Source of the DNA: Laetmonice hystrix
Taxonomy: Eukaryota
Reading direction: 5' to 3'
Assembly (NCBI GenBank): GCA_965235115.1
Contig: OZ249436.1
Location: 10,232,001 to 10,296,000, forward strand
Length of the DNA: 64,000 bases
Notes under the pieces: generated by a model
The model's database searches: none
What the model saw: the letters and a program-made list of their open reading frames with translations, nothing else
What the model was told of the DNA's origin: nothing
Translations under genes and position numbers: made by a program
In this document: positions 63,201-64,000 of the stretch, one piece after another
Numbering within the stretch: position 1 is the stretch's first letter
Layout of the letters: the number at the start of each line of letters is the position of its first letter

Positions 63201-64000
63201 GCATAGAAAAAAAAAACATAATAACAAAATAGTCAGAAGTAAAGATTTCTGAACTCATCAAACAAAGAGTCACTTTGGCCAGTGTTATGATTAGGCTATC
63301 ATTAGCCACTGCTAAGTATGGTAACATGAGCACGTTAACATTGACCATTAGGGACCCAGCATGCTAAATCTGTGCTAGTTTTCACTGGCATTTCTTCTGA
63401 ACACGGCCAACTAACTCTCCATACTTTACCTGTTCATCTTGACTGTTCATTAACTTCTTCCTGTGTGATCCTTCAAGTTTTACCTGAACAGACACAACAC
63501 CCATAACCACCATCTCTATATGACTACCCAGATATTGATTTTTTTCCCCCTAAAACTGTGAATGTGGGGAATATTTGTGATGAGTCCCTCCAGTGCCTCC
63601 CTTGACGGGAGTGCCCTGTCAACATACAACTGACCCACTCCTTGTGTTATTGGCTTTTTGTATCTGACGACCACTCCCATCCACATCTATAAAAAGCCTG
63701 AACATGTGAGCAGCTGCAGGGACTGAGAAATACAAATCCCCATCCCACCTCTGGGCTGACTGCCTAATTCCCCCAGCCATTTCAACCCAGGTGTGTCAAA
63801 CCTTGGGCTGTGACAGGTGTCATTATTTACCTGTCCCTGGAATCCTATGACAGAACTCTGACTCACCCTCTGCACATGCACCCAGTCCCTCATGGGGTCA
63901 TCCTTCGTGGAGAGGGTAGAATTCTGCGGAAGGCTTCGAACCAAACGTTCCAGGACAGCATTACGTTTTTGCAAAGCGTCTTTTTCCTCCCTAACATCAT
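57239..64000 (-). CDS. TNIP/ABIN-like (TNFAIP3-interacting protein family) coiled-coil protein with UBAN domain and C-terminal RanBP2/NZF zinc finger; 5' end lies beyond the window
   Basis: Exons (minus): 63867(or 63831)->64000, 63430-63483, 62267-62335, 61717-61914, 60833-61012, 60297-60368, 59717-59842, 59336-59407, 58670-58741, 58392-58485, 57653-57774, 57239-57373 (TGA). LLNQKWETRMRQVKSNYESQIQDLR...RQDDIDKMLLLAK resembles TNIP1. LRQQVTIYKEDFDRERQDRER is the UBAN core. WECAHCTYSNIAVRSTCEMCG is an NZF. Confidence 0.85.
62900..63062. mobile_element. Small MITE nested in a ggttaa-rich inverted-repeat element (~62695-63095)
   Basis: ggcctggtttttagtttg ... caaactaaaaaccagggcc, with outer gattgcaag / cttgcaatc. 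Confidence 0.55.

Overview
This is metazoan genomic DNA with GT-AG introns, most likely from an invertebrate bilaterian; the species cannot be called from the sequence. It is not prokaryotic, so no CRISPR arrays, operons or rRNA/tRNA genes were found. Four multi-exon genes were reconstructed by hand: CRYM (ketimine reductase mu-crystallin, minus strand, 8 exons, 312 aa), head-to-head with NUP85 (plus strand, 21 exons, 655 aa); TMEM104 (minus strand, 11 exons, about 523 aa), convergent with NUP85; and the 3' part of a TNIP/ABIN-like ubiquitin-binding protein (minus strand, runs off the window end) with a UBAN domain and a RanBP2/NZF zinc finger. The rest is rich in transposon-derived DNA. It includes a young 5'-truncated L1/Tx1-type LINE with poly(A) and a 14-bp target-site duplication (TSD) in CRYM intron 1, and a probable solo LTR in NUP85 intron 1. 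An 8.2-kb foldback-like element with ~490-bp modular terminal inverted repeats (TIRs) fills NUP85 intron 4 and carries nested MITEs and satellites. Other MITEs have 2-, 3-, 5-, 6- or 8-bp TSDs, and 1-8.8 kb is an internally duplicated, decayed repeat mosaic. The most interesting leads are the foldback element, the UBAN+NZF architecture with a duplicated 72-nt exon, enriched TA-nnnn-TA palindromes that resemble excision footprints, and a candidate 42-aa membrane microprotein. I cannot support a claim of a wholly new biological system from the sequence alone.
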